A stretch of DNA of 61,597 nt, counting the filler, from Basidiobolus ranarum (taxonomy: Eukaryota), in the NCBI GenBank assembly GCA_040143965.1. It is 17 parts of 17 records of this genome, joined end to end, with 100 filler letters (N's around TTAATTAATTAA, not from the genome) between each part and the next. Parts side by side here need not be neighbours in the genome. Positions count along the whole stretch, not along the records: positions 10,930 to 14,466 come from JASJQH010002426.1; positions 14,567 to 18,101 come from JASJQH010002427.1; positions 18,202 to 21,735 come from JASJQH010002428.1; positions 21,836 to 25,367 come from JASJQH010002429.1; 13 more parts are not named here. The stretch is one strand, 5' to 3'. The notes under the pieces are model-generated. The model did no database searches, was not told where the DNA came from, and saw only the letters and a list, made by a program, of their open reading frames with translations. Shown piece after piece: positions 11,362 through 25,467 of this stretch; position 1 is the stretch's first letter; every line of letters starts with the position of its first letter. Both the position numbers and the translations under genes were made by a program.

Positions 11362-13464
11362 TTTGTAAATCTATATTGGGTAATAATTCAATTCACTATG
11401 ATATGATAAAATAACTTGAGGAAGAGTTCTATTTATACTGGGAACTAGTTTAAGCAGGTGTATATGTTGTAGATCTCGGGAGTTAGTCAGGGGGATGTTG
11501 GATTCGCATATATGTAAAACAATGTTTGCTTTGTTTCTGGTTGATGTGAGTTGTGGTGTTGACTTCTTTCTACTATAATTGAACTTTCAGTCATCGACAC
11601 ATGTTGAAGCACGATCTTTGTGAAGTAGGGGTTGGGATAGCATTTGTGACTAACTTTGTGGGTATTCCACTTGCCTTCTTTTGTGGTTATTTCACATCTG
11701 TTTATTGTTGCAGATGGTCACTCAAATCTACGAGTTCAAATTAAATCAGGTTCCTACCTCCTGTTGATCATAATAGCCGCTCAATGATGTTGCAGATCGT
11801 GCGATCATGTTCCACAATAGCATAATCCATACTTTATTGATGGCGTATATATTTCTAGCAGAGTTCGTACGCATTACATAAGCAATTCTAAAGTATACAA
11901 AAATATGACATTAAGTAAGACATATTTAAATTGGTTTCGAACATAGAATCAGAGTGGGTTCATTATTAGTGAGTTCATTATTGCTAGGTTTGATGAACAA
12001 TATCTCGTGATTTATACTGTAATAATAATAATAATAAGCTTAGTTTCAAGCAAGGGAACTTGAAGGAAATTCAAATCTTTCTCATCCAAATGACATTTCT
12101 TAGGGTTGGTTTTCACTTTCAGAATTCCTTGTATTTTAGATCAGTCGATGCTGGTGTCCATAGTTTTAATGAGGAAGCATTCAATTTAACCCGCTATAAT
12201 CACCCTCACTGTCACCCTCATCCGCGCTTGCTTTCTAAACCAATCCATGCGTATTGCGTACTGCATATCAAATGAACTTCTTTCTACCACTGCATTGTTG
12301 CCGATATCTTGTTTGGGATTCGTATAGTAATATGGCGAGTTAAAGAAGCTGATCTGATTTTCAAGTTATTCTATACAGAAAGAAGTCCGGGCTGTCACTT
12401 ATACTGTAAAGGAAAATGTATCACTTAACCAGCCTAGAAGAAGTGAATTCGCTTACCTGATTCGCTTTTACTCTCATCTTTACTCTCGCAGCTGAGTACA
12501 CTGAACAACCAATACACTGATTTGGTGTGACCGATGCCTTTAGAAAGTAGCACATTTGGTCATTTGCTTTATATATATTGTCATCCTTTGAGCATTGACT
12601 CCAACAATGTTATTACTAAATTTGCTTGGACATCAATGACTTCAATTATTGCATCAAACGTTGTACCACTTGATTTGCATATTTGTCAATAAAAACATCA
12701 CTCTCCCCACTTGCAACTACGGGAGGAGTACTGCTATAATCTTTAGAGGTGGTTCCATCGAGAGAAGAAGAGAAAAAGCGAATTGACCTCTGTGTTAGTT
12801 TATGGATAGAAACGTTTATTAAGCACATACTTTCAAAAAAAACTGATAAGTTACAGCAATGAATTACCCAATTTGTCTACAATTTGTTTGTTCACTTATC
12901 TCATAGTAGGCGCAAGAATTGGCTCAATTTCAACAACGACAAATGGCACCAATTGGGTTATTTTTCCGAGTGAAAAAGATGTAAAATTGTTACGAAATTG
13001 GATTATCGACTAAAAAGTGACAGAATTATTGGAAACAAAATGATCTTCATATTTGCACACTCATAGTTCATGGCCAAGACCTTCACCAAGTTTCATATTC
13101 TTACCTTTCCTATATCCCGCAATCCATCAAACAAATATTCCAAATTCATATTCCTAAAACTAGGAAGTGAAACGTTACTAAATCTTAGGAAGAAAAGTCC
13201 CTAATATTATTCTATCCTAGGTATACATTTTATACTGCTATCCTAGGTATACATTTTATACTGAACGGACGTCGAAGACAGAGGTTATAAAAAATCGGAA
13301 ATGGTTCATTGCTCCTACAGACAACAACTCTCAAATCGGCCAGAAATGCCATTCAATTTTCCCTTGATCACCCCCATCAAAACAGCATGATCGAAATAAT
13401 TAGTCAATCTATCAGTGAACCAGGTCCTGAAATTATACTCCACTCAAGAACTAAATTAACAAAA

Positions 13465-13502
13465 GCCTGCTTAGCGCAGTGGTAGCGTGTCAGTGTCTTA
13501 AC
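13465..13502 (+). pseudogene. 5' half of an elongator tRNA-Met-like gene (remnant)
   Basis: GCCTGCTTAGCGCAGTGGTAGCGTGTCAGTGTCTTAAC has an A-box/D-arm resembling eukaryotic tRNA-Met. No intact T-arm or 3' acceptor strand follows. Confidence 0.45.
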
Positions 13503-13722
13503 CAAAGATTTGTAAATGTTGTTACGCAATCCAGTAAACAGGGAAAATAAGAAATTACTTACTAACAAAGAAACATTCTAAGATGTCGTGTTCTCAGAAT
13601 AATATATATCTAAATAAGAAATAAACAAAGTGAACGCAAGATATATATACATAATTATATACTACTCTTATCTTCACATAATCTTTGCAACACTAGTACT
13701 TACAAAATCTTCAACAGTAAAT

Positions 13723-13804
13723 AGTGAGATGGCCGAGTGGTCTAAGGCGCTGCGTTCAGGTCGCAGTCTCTCAGGAGGCGTGGGTTCGAACCCCACTCTC
13801 ATCA
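13723..13804 (+). tRNA. tRNA-Leu(CAG)
   Basis: A-box TGGCCGAGTGG, anticodon arm CTGCG-TT-CAG-GT-CGCAG (anticodon 13757-13759), long variable arm, T-arm GTGGG-TTCGAAC-CCCAC, discriminator A, then a TTTT Pol III terminator. The 1-72 pair is an A-C mismatch. Confidence 0.9.
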
Positions 13805-14567
13805 TTTTGACATGTTGTACAACCAGCATGTGAATACAAAGTTGAAGGGCTGATATTTTGACTGCTTTTCTATTTCATGTAGCTCCACATATCTCTCACA
13901 TATTTATAGCAAAGTGTGACATGAGAAGTGAAAGGTAGATAATTTGTTTTATCAGTGAATAAACTTTTACTACAACCAGAAATGATCGCATATCCCCTTT
14001 ACCGTAACTTCAGGTAATATAGCATGTTGAGTCCGACTACATACAGGAAAACTAACTTTTCACTACATTTTGGAATATACGTACTTTAAGACTAAAAGAT
14101 TTGATGAAGAAATTTCCCATGTCAGTAAACGGTGAACTACCCGGGTTGCAATCCGAGCTCACCTGGGGGATTTTAATCACAATTTAGTAATGTCGCCCAG
14201 ATTACATCATGTTGAAAACTAATTGTTATTATAAAATAACTAAACTATTTCTGCGGCACAAAGGATCTCAAGTTCACCACATGTTGCGTCTTTGACAGCT
14301 CAGAAACCTACATTTCTTTCCTCTACGGGGAGCATCGCATCTTTAACTGCTGATAATTTCCCAATTCTTCAGAGATTGTCGATACGTCGTATTATTTTAA
14401 AATCTCGCGGTGTACAAGAGCCACATTGGTATGTCAATGGTAATGCACTTGACGATTGCTTTCGCGNNNNNNNNNNNNNNNNNNNNNNNNNNNNNNNNNN
14501 NNNNNNNNNNTTAATTAATTAANNNNNNNNNNNNNNNNNNNNNNNNNNNNNNNNNNNNNNNNNNNNT

Positions 14568-14981
14568 AGTAAGTGCAAAGAAATCCAAGTAATTGGTGGC
14601 ACCGAAGTTCAGGATCCAATCTCCAACTATTCCCACAGTAATGGGTTTAGAATTGATTTCATATCAAGTGGCTGTATGGATACCATTATCAAAAATTTTC
14701 ACTACATTGGTAACCGTAGCAACACTGAAAAACTCTATGTTTCCTGCAGTGGAAATATTTTTGCTTGGAAAAAAGGCTACTGGGAAATTAGTGCATACGT
14801 CAATGGTGGAGCCAAAAGTGTACTATCACCCACCACCACTCAGTCTAGGAAAGCAAGCAAGACTACCAGCGCAACACTAGTTGCTACAAGTAGTGTCTGC
14901 AACCATACTAAATATAACCCTTACTCTATCTTTCTACTGATACTTACATGTATGGTGATTTGTTTTATTAACATGCTATGA
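14568..14981 (+). CDS. C-terminal part of a putative GPI-anchored protein with an M15/LAS-type Zn-peptidase-like domain (5'-truncated)
   Basis: Frame is open from the contig start: SKCKEIQVIGGTEVQDPISNYSHSNGFRIDF..C.D.IIKNFHYIGNR...Y.S.SGNIFAWKKGYWEI, then a Ser/Thr-rich linker and hydrophobic tail SIFLLILTCMVICFINML. It resembles, from memory, the actinobacterial/fungal secreted family with ITGGTE.GH...YSH.NGYK.D...SGN.Y..E.NHWD. Confidence 0.65.
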   Translation, partial: SKCKEIQVIGGTEVQDPISNYSHSNGFRIDFISSGCMDTIIKNFHYIGNRSNTEKLYVSCSGNIFAWKKGYWEISAYVNGGAKSVLSPTTTQSRKASKTTSATLVATSSVCNHTKYNPYSIFLLILTCMVICFINML

Positions 14982-15305
14982 TCATAATACAATCTTAATT
15001 CTATAAATTTAATTCGCATTTGCTATACCAAGTTTAATTTCCGAAATATACTACCGAAACATTCCATAAATGTAAACAACCCCAACATTTGATGCAAATT
15101 GAAACACATATTACATGGCTACCTAGTTACAGACTATGAATCTCCAGTTCCACTCTTGTTACTCAATCAAATGACGATCAAGAAGCATGTCGCATTTAAC
15201 AAATAAGAGTAAATATTGGTTGCAGTCAGTATAAAAATACACATTCGTGTATGGAAATATAGCCATTTATTAATATGGTCATAGCGGAGTGAATAGCTCC
15301 GAGTG

Positions 15306-16290
15306 TCAAACATATATATTCTAATCCCAACTGCTGCCGCAAATCATCTGATTAGGTGTATATGGCTAGACAAAAGTTCAGATATATATCACTTAATACT
15401 GTGATTATAAATATGAACTACCTCCATTCCTGCTTTTTGCCAGTTACCAAACGACTTAGCCACATAACGGAGGCTTTCAGGCGTTTTAAACGTATTGTCC
15501 TTCTCGTTTTTAAAGATAGATTTCTTGATGGAAATTAGCTCAGTTTGCCATATACAGAACATTAAGCAACTTACAATATACTGAACATTAAGCAACTTAC
15601 AATATTCCAGAGTGGAACTGCTAAGCTATACGTCGCAGGAAAATAAGCATTCCACATACGTTGTTGTGTATAGTTTCCAAAGTTCAGATTGGGATGGACG
15701 AGTACATCACGGAGACTATTTAAATAATATTGATTCTCTTCCGCCTTTTCACACCATCTATTATCTCCTTCCAAGTCTAGATTATTCCTGTTAGCATGGA
15801 AAGTTACATCTATACACTGTATATTTCTGCTTACCAATCCATAGAATCCGGAATCCAAGACCCTCTTTGAGAATAAAATCTTTTAATTCTTGTACTTGCT
15901 CACCTGGGCTTTTGCAGTTTACTTGCTCATCCGAGTTGCTACATTTTGCTAAACTCTTGGATCGCACTTCAGTATCACTATTGCACGTCACTGAAATTTC
16001 GGAACAATTCGGGGATACATGTAAATGTCAATCTAGAGTTCAACAATATGAAAAACGGCACATATTAGCTTAAAAGAATACAGTAACTAGAACCTCCGTT
16101 TTACATCATTATCGGTATACCCAGCCTTCTTAGAATTTCGGTAGCTAGTAAGTAGTTTGCAGTCTAGTTGTCCTTCAAGATTGTTACGGTAGCTATGTAT
16201 GATTATTCGTTTATACCCTAGTAAGTATATTAACAAAGCATTTGGCATATCTAAATGGATATATATACACTGAAAAAGTAAAAGCCTTCC
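15306..16290 (-). pseudogene. GH25 (Lys1/protist-fungal type) lysozyme-like gene, multi-exon, apparently disabled
   Basis: Spliced minus-strand reading: GYKRIIIHSYRNNLEGQLDCKLLTSYRNSKKAGYTDND / IDIYMYP (frameshift near 16010) ..CKSPGEQVQEL..FRILWI / DLEGDNRW..FGNYTQQRMW..PLWNI / ..SFGNWQKAGME / PYTPNQMICGSSWD* . GT-AG introns with GCTAAC/GCTAAT branch sites. DxE motif (DLE) kept. 5' end uncertain. Confidence 0.7.
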
Positions 16291-18283
16291 ATTTTTTCTG
16301 ATAAGCTTCACCTGAATGAATACTTTTATAGCAGAGATGATGTGGAGAGGCTTGTATGTTTTTCTCATGATTCTATTTTCAAGTTTTTGGTGATTTGAGG
16401 CTAGAAACATCTCTATTTCCCCAACAATGGAATTGGCCATATTCAATGTAGCCTCTAGAGGAAGAAAGTACCACTGTGGTTTGTGATACTTTGCATTATA
16501 TGCTGCTCTTTGGAATATCTTTGCAAATTCGAATATTAAATCGCCGATTCAAGTTAATAAACCTCCGGTTCGCCACTCGATACTACTGCTAGATCTCAGA
16601 AGATGTATAATTTATTCATAATACTGGCATACTAATTGTCATAATAGTAAGTCATTACAATACGCTAATCTCGTATGAAGACTGAGAGAAGCGTAATATA
16701 GATTCTGAGGCTTAGAGACCTGACCCTTGTGACTTCAAAAACAGTACGAAAGGTCATTGTTGAGGTATACCGTATTTGCTCTACAATATAGTGTGACAAC
16801 AGTTAACTAAAATTAAGGTAGGACCTCAAGCAAGTAAGATCTGAAGCAAGGAATATTCTACTGTTAGGAGCTGTTCATTGGTGTTTCTTAGACAAAACGA
16901 GTTAATGTTGGAAATTGGTCTTCTTTTAGGCAAATGGTCAACAATTTGTAGGGCCAAAGATATCAATTGTACTTCATCTGTCTAGATTGAGGCAAGCTCC
17001 CTCCATAAAAACAACGTATTGAAATGATAACCAGATCGGTGAGGTTATAAATGCTGGTTAGCATTCCATGTCACATGGCGAAAAGGACCATGATATTTGG
17101 AAGTAATTGTCTTTTTATTGTATACCTCATCATTAGATATCAGGAAATAATGTTTCATAGTAATACCATAATTTGTACTAGGCAAAGCTATCCTATTACA
17201 AGTCCGAGGTAGGCTTTATATTGTCTAAAAATGTACGCCAGAGGTGAGCTTTATATCGTTAAGCTCCTAGTCATCTACCAATTAAATTTGAATTATGATC
17301 TCATTTTTCTCGATCGCGGTGGGAATATCTTGGAGCTAGAAAGCTGGTTAAACCGGATTAAGAGCTATAAATTTGGAGAGCATGGTGTTCGTACATACAC
17401 ACACATATGTGTATTTAGTAGATCACTTTAATGGTAAGCCTTAGACAAGGCGCTTTCTACAGTACCAGTATAGGTCAGATTTCGAGATCAAAACCCTTTA
17501 TATCAGTTAGCCAGTTGCATTCAAGATGAATCTGGGTCGGGGTAGTATTCTTGTAGAAACACTTGGTAGAACTCTGTTTCAAACAAAATTAATCCATCAC
17601 TTTCCATCATAAACTATCTATATTTTATCACCGTCCCGGTTACCAATTCAGTACAAGTTCTCTTAGATCTATGAATGGGCTTGATATGAGATCTACTCTG
17701 TACTGCTTAAATCCTGTTTGTTCTTTGTCTGTAATTCTTGGTGTTTTAGTTGCCTATTCACGTGTATTCTCAAAGTTTATCACCAACCTCAGAACTGGTT
17801 ACGACATAATACTATAAAAAGAGTACTTTCCAACAATAAAAGTCAGATAATCGCCACTAATAAACAATCATAAATCCATAATCCTGAGATGTATCTAAAC
17901 TTAACTACTTACCAAGTACTCAACACCGTATTGTCAAAGCTGACTGAAATGGTGATCACGTGGTTTGTAGTATTATTTGCTACTGCCACTGGAAACTACC
18001 AAATTGGCCAGTTGGTTCCCAGAGGGGTAATTGACACCTTAGCTGGTGTTGGTGGCCGACATCGCATATACTACTCCTCGTTAATAAGTGTAGTGTTCAT
18101 CNNNNNNNNNNNNNNNNNNNNNNNNNNNNNNNNNNNNNNNNNNNNTTAATTAATTAANNNNNNNNNNNNNNNNNNNNNNNNNNNNNNNNNNNNNNNNNNN
18201 NACGGAAATACTGTTTAGATATAAAGACTAAACACACGCCACTATTAAGCTCACAGTCAATTATACTGCAATACAAAATTAAA

Positions 18284-18823
18284 ATGGTCAAAATCTCATC
18301 AGGTCTATCATACATCTGCCTTACCGCTACTACTTTCTTGGGCTTGGCAGTGCAAGCTCTTCCAGCTCCAAGTGCTACCATTGCTACTCCGCTATCCAAC
18401 CACACGGAGGTATTGGTCGATAAGAGCATACTTGGAGATATCACCAACTTTGACGCCTGCTCTCTCCAATTTCGTTTTGACAATGGCCAGTGTACTGACT
18501 GGGCCGATGCTCGTTACTATCAACTCACCTGCCAACACACCCAGTGGTGGGGTAATGCTCTCACATGGCCTAATAGCGCCGAGAATACTCCAGGTTGGGT
18601 GGTTTCTGATCAACCCCGAGTCCCTTCAATTATTGCCATCCAGCCAGGATATCAAGGATGTGACTCATATGGCCACGTTGCCGTAGTTGAAAGCATCAAC
18701 GATGACGGGAGTGTGTATACGAGTAACTGGAACTATATAGTTAATGGAGAGGGGGGACCTTATATCACCACCTACGTCACCTTTAATACTGGTGAAGGAG
18801 TATCATTCATCTGGTATGAGTAG
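18284..18823 (+). CDS. Secreted CHAP-domain protein (putative peptidoglycan amidase/endopeptidase), copy 1, 179 aa
   Basis: Signal peptide ending AVQA. CHAP motifs GQCTDWA (catalytic Cys), WGNALTW, YGHVAVVESIN (catalytic His, Glu) and SNWNY. Intronless. Confidence 0.9.
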   Translation: MVKISSGLSYICLTATTFLGLAVQALPAPSATIATPLSNHTEVLVDKSILGDITNFDACSLQFRFDNGQCTDWADARYYQLTCQHTQWWGNALTWPNSAENTPGWVVSDQPRVPSIIAIQPGYQGCDSYGHVAVVESINDDGSVYTSNWNYIVNGEGGPYITTYVTFNTGEGVSFIWYE

Positions 18824-20080
18824 ATACCACTCCTGATTATAGATACCTGCAAAGATAAAGTAGCTAGCTATCTTTTGTTTCTTATTCCCTTTTCATCCTT
18901 TTGATATAGAATCATTAGAGCCCATTGATTACCAATAAATATAACATTTATGAAATATCTACCATGTTGAGCACTTATCTTCATAATGTTAGTCCGGTCA
19001 GGGTAAAGGATTAACAAGACCCTTGAGATCAACTGTCCCTGCAACGAAACCAGTTATTATGCAAACTAAAATTAAATCCAAGAGATCTCGCACATTATCA
19101 CTATTTACTTTTTTTGCACCTTACTTTTTGAAACTCCAAGTGAAAGCATGTTGTATTGCGTAGCAACCCATTGTACTTTGACCAATACGCGACTGCTAGT
19201 ATTTTCAGTACTCTAAATATTATGGCTAAGGTTAGAAACTTCAGCATCTTACCCTACAATGAATGAGTATTAATCTCATACCAACTTCACTTTAAACCCC
19301 GACCCATGATGAGAGTAGTTTATCTATAAACATTGTGCATGGATTGATATGGTATATCTTTGATCAGTTAAACGGTAACGGTATTCCTATTAGATAAAGG
19401 AATATTCATAATTAATTTAACTTTGCTCCGAAAATTTAAGGAACCCGAGATAAAAGTAACATCATATGAGTTCAGAGTTTTTACCAATCAATTCTGATAC
19501 GCTTTCATTCTTACAGGTGTGGTTCGTTTGGTTGACCACTGAAAGTAGTAAAAATTATACAATTTTCATTCATCCAACCTTTCAAACCTTTCTTATTGTA
19601 TACCCATTGACTGTTCAGACATAACTTAACAACATCAATATGCTTTACCAGCAAACTCATGGTTGATAAATTGCTAAACACTTTAACCTAAAATACGAAA
19701 TACGCTTTCACCGAATCTAGATGATTCCAAATTGAACTATTTCTGTTACAATACGAGGAGAAGGAATCACCATATATGGTAAAGTTGTTCTAATGTTCAA
19801 TCTACTATTTTCGTGAATATCACTAATCGCTCAACTTGACACGAGACCAGAACCATATTAAAATTGAGCTTACTATATTTAATCATATTCCCAAATATGG
19901 CAGGGATGATCGGGAATTGAAAATAATTGGATTGAAAATTTAGTGCGAGAGAATTCATCTTGATCGGGATCCATGAATCATTGGATAGACACTTGATAGA
20001 CAGAATCGTCATTTAGATAAAAGACTGAACTCGCGCCACTATTAACCACACAATCCATTACACGGCAATACAAAATCAAA

Positions 20081-20620
20081 ATGGTCAAAATCTCATCTGG
20101 TCTATCTTACGTCTACCTTATTGCTACTGCTTTCTTGGGCTTGGCAGTGCAAGCTCTTCCAGCACCAAGTGCTACTTCTGCTACTCCACTATCCAACCAT
20201 ACTGAGGTATTGGCCGAAAAGAGTATACTCGATGATATCACCAACTTTGACGCTTGCTCTCTCCAATTTCGCTTTGACAATGGCCAGTGTACTGACTGGG
20301 CCGATGCTCGCTACTATCAACTCACCTGCCAGCACACCCAGTGGTGGGGTAATGCCCTCACATGGCCTAATAGCGCCGAGAATACTCAAGGTTGGGTGGT
20401 GTCTGATCAACCTCGAGTCCCTTCTATCATTGCCATCCAGCCAGGATATCAAGGATGTGACTCATATGGCCACGTTGCTGTAGTCGAAAGCATCAACGAT
20501 GACGGGAGTGTGTATACGAGTAACTGGAACTATATAATCAATGGAGAGGGAGGACCCTACATCACCACCTACGTCACCTTCAACACTGGTGAAGGAGTAT
20601 CATTCATCTGGTATGAGTAG
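20081..20620 (+). CDS. Secreted CHAP-domain protein, tandem copy 2, 179 aa
   Basis: Same motifs as copy 1 with 10 amino-acid differences. The duplication also covers about 70 bp upstream and the 3' UTR. Offset is 1797 bp. Confidence 0.9.
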   Translation: MVKISSGLSYVYLIATAFLGLAVQALPAPSATSATPLSNHTEVLAEKSILDDITNFDACSLQFRFDNGQCTDWADARYYQLTCQHTQWWGNALTWPNSAENTQGWVVSDQPRVPSIIAIQPGYQGCDSYGHVAVVESINDDGSVYTSNWNYIINGEGGPYITTYVTFNTGEGVSFIWYE

Positions 20621-21496
20621 GTACCACTCCTGATTACAGATACCCGCAAAGATAAAGTAGCTAGCTACCTTTTATTGCTTATTTCATCTTTGCATTCTTA
20701 TTATAGAACATTTAGAATATATTGAATACAAAATAAAATAGCATTTACTTACCATCAGAATTAGTTACTTTGATATGATGGAAATTGAAAGAATAATGGG
20801 ACTATCATTTCTGATAAAACTCAAATAACTTTGAAACGTAGATCCATTCAGTATTCGACTTAACTCGGTGATCATGATGATGATGTTCAAATTGCATTTT
20901 TCTGGGTAGTACCACAGTTAATTATGCAAATACCACCTAACTTTACTAGAATAATGGTTACCAAAAAACTGAAATGTCCTTAATGACTACGTAAATGGTA
21001 TTGCTCATTACTGGTACACTTTTTTAGCAAATATTTCATAAATGACAAATCTCTGCATTCACTGAATGATCCAACTTGCCATTTAACCCATAGCTTAATC
21101 TGCACTCTAATAACAATCGCTGGTATAATTAAAGATTTTCCACTATTTAGGAATTACGAACTTTGTGGAAGCAGTTGGTTTGAACCTCAGAAATATTCAT
21201 TAATTGCCATGAAGAAAAAATCAATCAGTTGGTGTTCAGAAGATTTGTGATAGTAAAATGAGCTTTTCCTGGGTCAATTTGGAAGACTCTCTATTTCACC
21301 TGGCAAATTCCCCTATGGCCATATAAATTTTCATCTAAGTGATCAATGACTGACAATAAGAGAATGTAAATAAACTATATGAAATAGTCAGGTGCAACCA
21401 GATGCAGAGCATGCATATGGTAAATTTAATAATCTTCAATGTCTACCACTCTTTGTAATGGTGCCAAAATATAAGATAGATAATCATATGACCTAT

Positions 21497-21735
21497 TGTT
21501 GAAATCAGCATTGCCTAAACACCTGTATAGTCATATATAGCTTAGTACTTAGTTATCTTATATTTCACTAAGATAATATCCATTATTCTCAATTGGAATT
21601 TACTTAGAAAATTTTTACCAACTAAGAAGTTCTCAGATATATAGATTTTCAAACTTGTGCTAGAAGCCCCAAACTTTGCACACATGTTCCTGGGACCTTC
21701 CTTAACATATTTTACATGTTAGTTTGTTTACATCT
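21497..21735 (+). mobile_element. LTR family A (truncated by contig end)
   Basis: Starts TGTTGAAATCAGCATTGCCTAAACACC and contains the family core CACATGTTCCTGGGACC. Confidence 0.85.
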
Positions 21736-21835
21736 NNNNNNNNNNNNNNNNNNNNNNNNNNNNNNNNNNNNNNNNNNNNTTAATTAATTAANNNNNNNNN
21801 NNNNNNNNNNNNNNNNNNNNNNNNNNNNNNNNNNN

Positions 21836-24426
<2,591 letters not shown>

Positions 24427-25194
24427 AAGAATCGGATACGATATGTATAGATATGTAAATAGAAATAAGTTGAAAGTTTGAGTTAAATACTAAATTCGCT
24501 TCTGTAATTCAGTGAAGAGAATTTCTTCAATTAAAAACAAAGTAAACTATTCTTGTAAAATAAATCAAAAAGGCCAACAAATCTCAAAGTAGAGTATTTA
24601 ACGACTTTAGAAGCTTGGTTATCCTGGTTCAGTATGGTTTTCGTAGTGAATCAGTTAGTTCTTCAAAACCTTTAGCCCACTGTTTAGTAACTTTAATGAT
24701 TAGATAAACTCGAATTGGAAGTGTACCTATTCGATGTGTGTAAGATAAAGAACTCAACAAACGAAGGTACTACTTGAACATAAAAAAATCGTTGATTAAT
24801 ACATTACTCAATTTGCGTATCTGGAATTCTACCAGCCTCATATGAACATTATTCTCTGATCTATTTGGACTTCATCATTATACTATGAAAAAGTACTATT
24901 AACCTACCAACCACTCATATCGTATGTGTCCAATCAATTTAACTCCCCTATCAATAGAAAATATATGCATGTATGGAATGTTACCGGATAATCCGCCGCA
25001 GCAATGTGCTGTATCAAAAGAACATATTATATGACAGAATGTTTGATTTGTACAGCGAGTATTGAGGGCACTATGTACCATGATTGGTTAAACACTCAAT
25101 GCGCTAATACCCAAACGAAGTATGTGAGATCATATATATACTTGCTACTCGCTTGACTGTTAAAATTGTTGGATTATTCTCAACGTGTACTACC

Positions 25195-25367
25195 ATGTTA
25201 AATTCACTAAAACTCACCCATTTATTTCTTCTGGTCATCTTTACCTCTAATTTGGTATGTGGACGGACGTGCTCTAATATAAAGCTTGGGTTACAAGACT
25301 CCAACCCAACTGAATTTCGTAATAAGCAAACATTTAAGTCGTATATTGTTTTCTTTAAACCTGAAAC
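25195..25367 (+). CDS. N-terminus of a secreted protein, probably a subtilisin (S8) pre-pro region (3'-truncated)
   Basis: Signal peptide MLNSLKLTHLFLLVIFTSNLVCG followed by KSYIVFFKP, typical of the first strand of the I9 prodomain. Confidence 0.55.
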
Positions 25368-25467
25368 NNNNNNNNNNNNNNNNNNNNNNNNNNNNNNNNN
25401 NNNNNNNNNNNTTAATTAATTAANNNNNNNNNNNNNNNNNNNNNNNNNNNNNNNNNNNNNNNNNNNN

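Noticed and set aside
12100-12830. Splice-like signals and short ORFs on the minus strand
   Set aside because: Stops interrupt the plausible frames and there is no recognisable protein family.
17949-18101. Possible signal-peptide ORF at the contig end, downstream of a TATA-like sequence
   Set aside because: Too short and truncated to support a call.
18284-20620. Classic RIP acting on duplicated sequence
   Set aside because: The closely linked, highly similar CHAP duplicates are intact with no nonsense changes. TE decay here looks CpG-centred instead.
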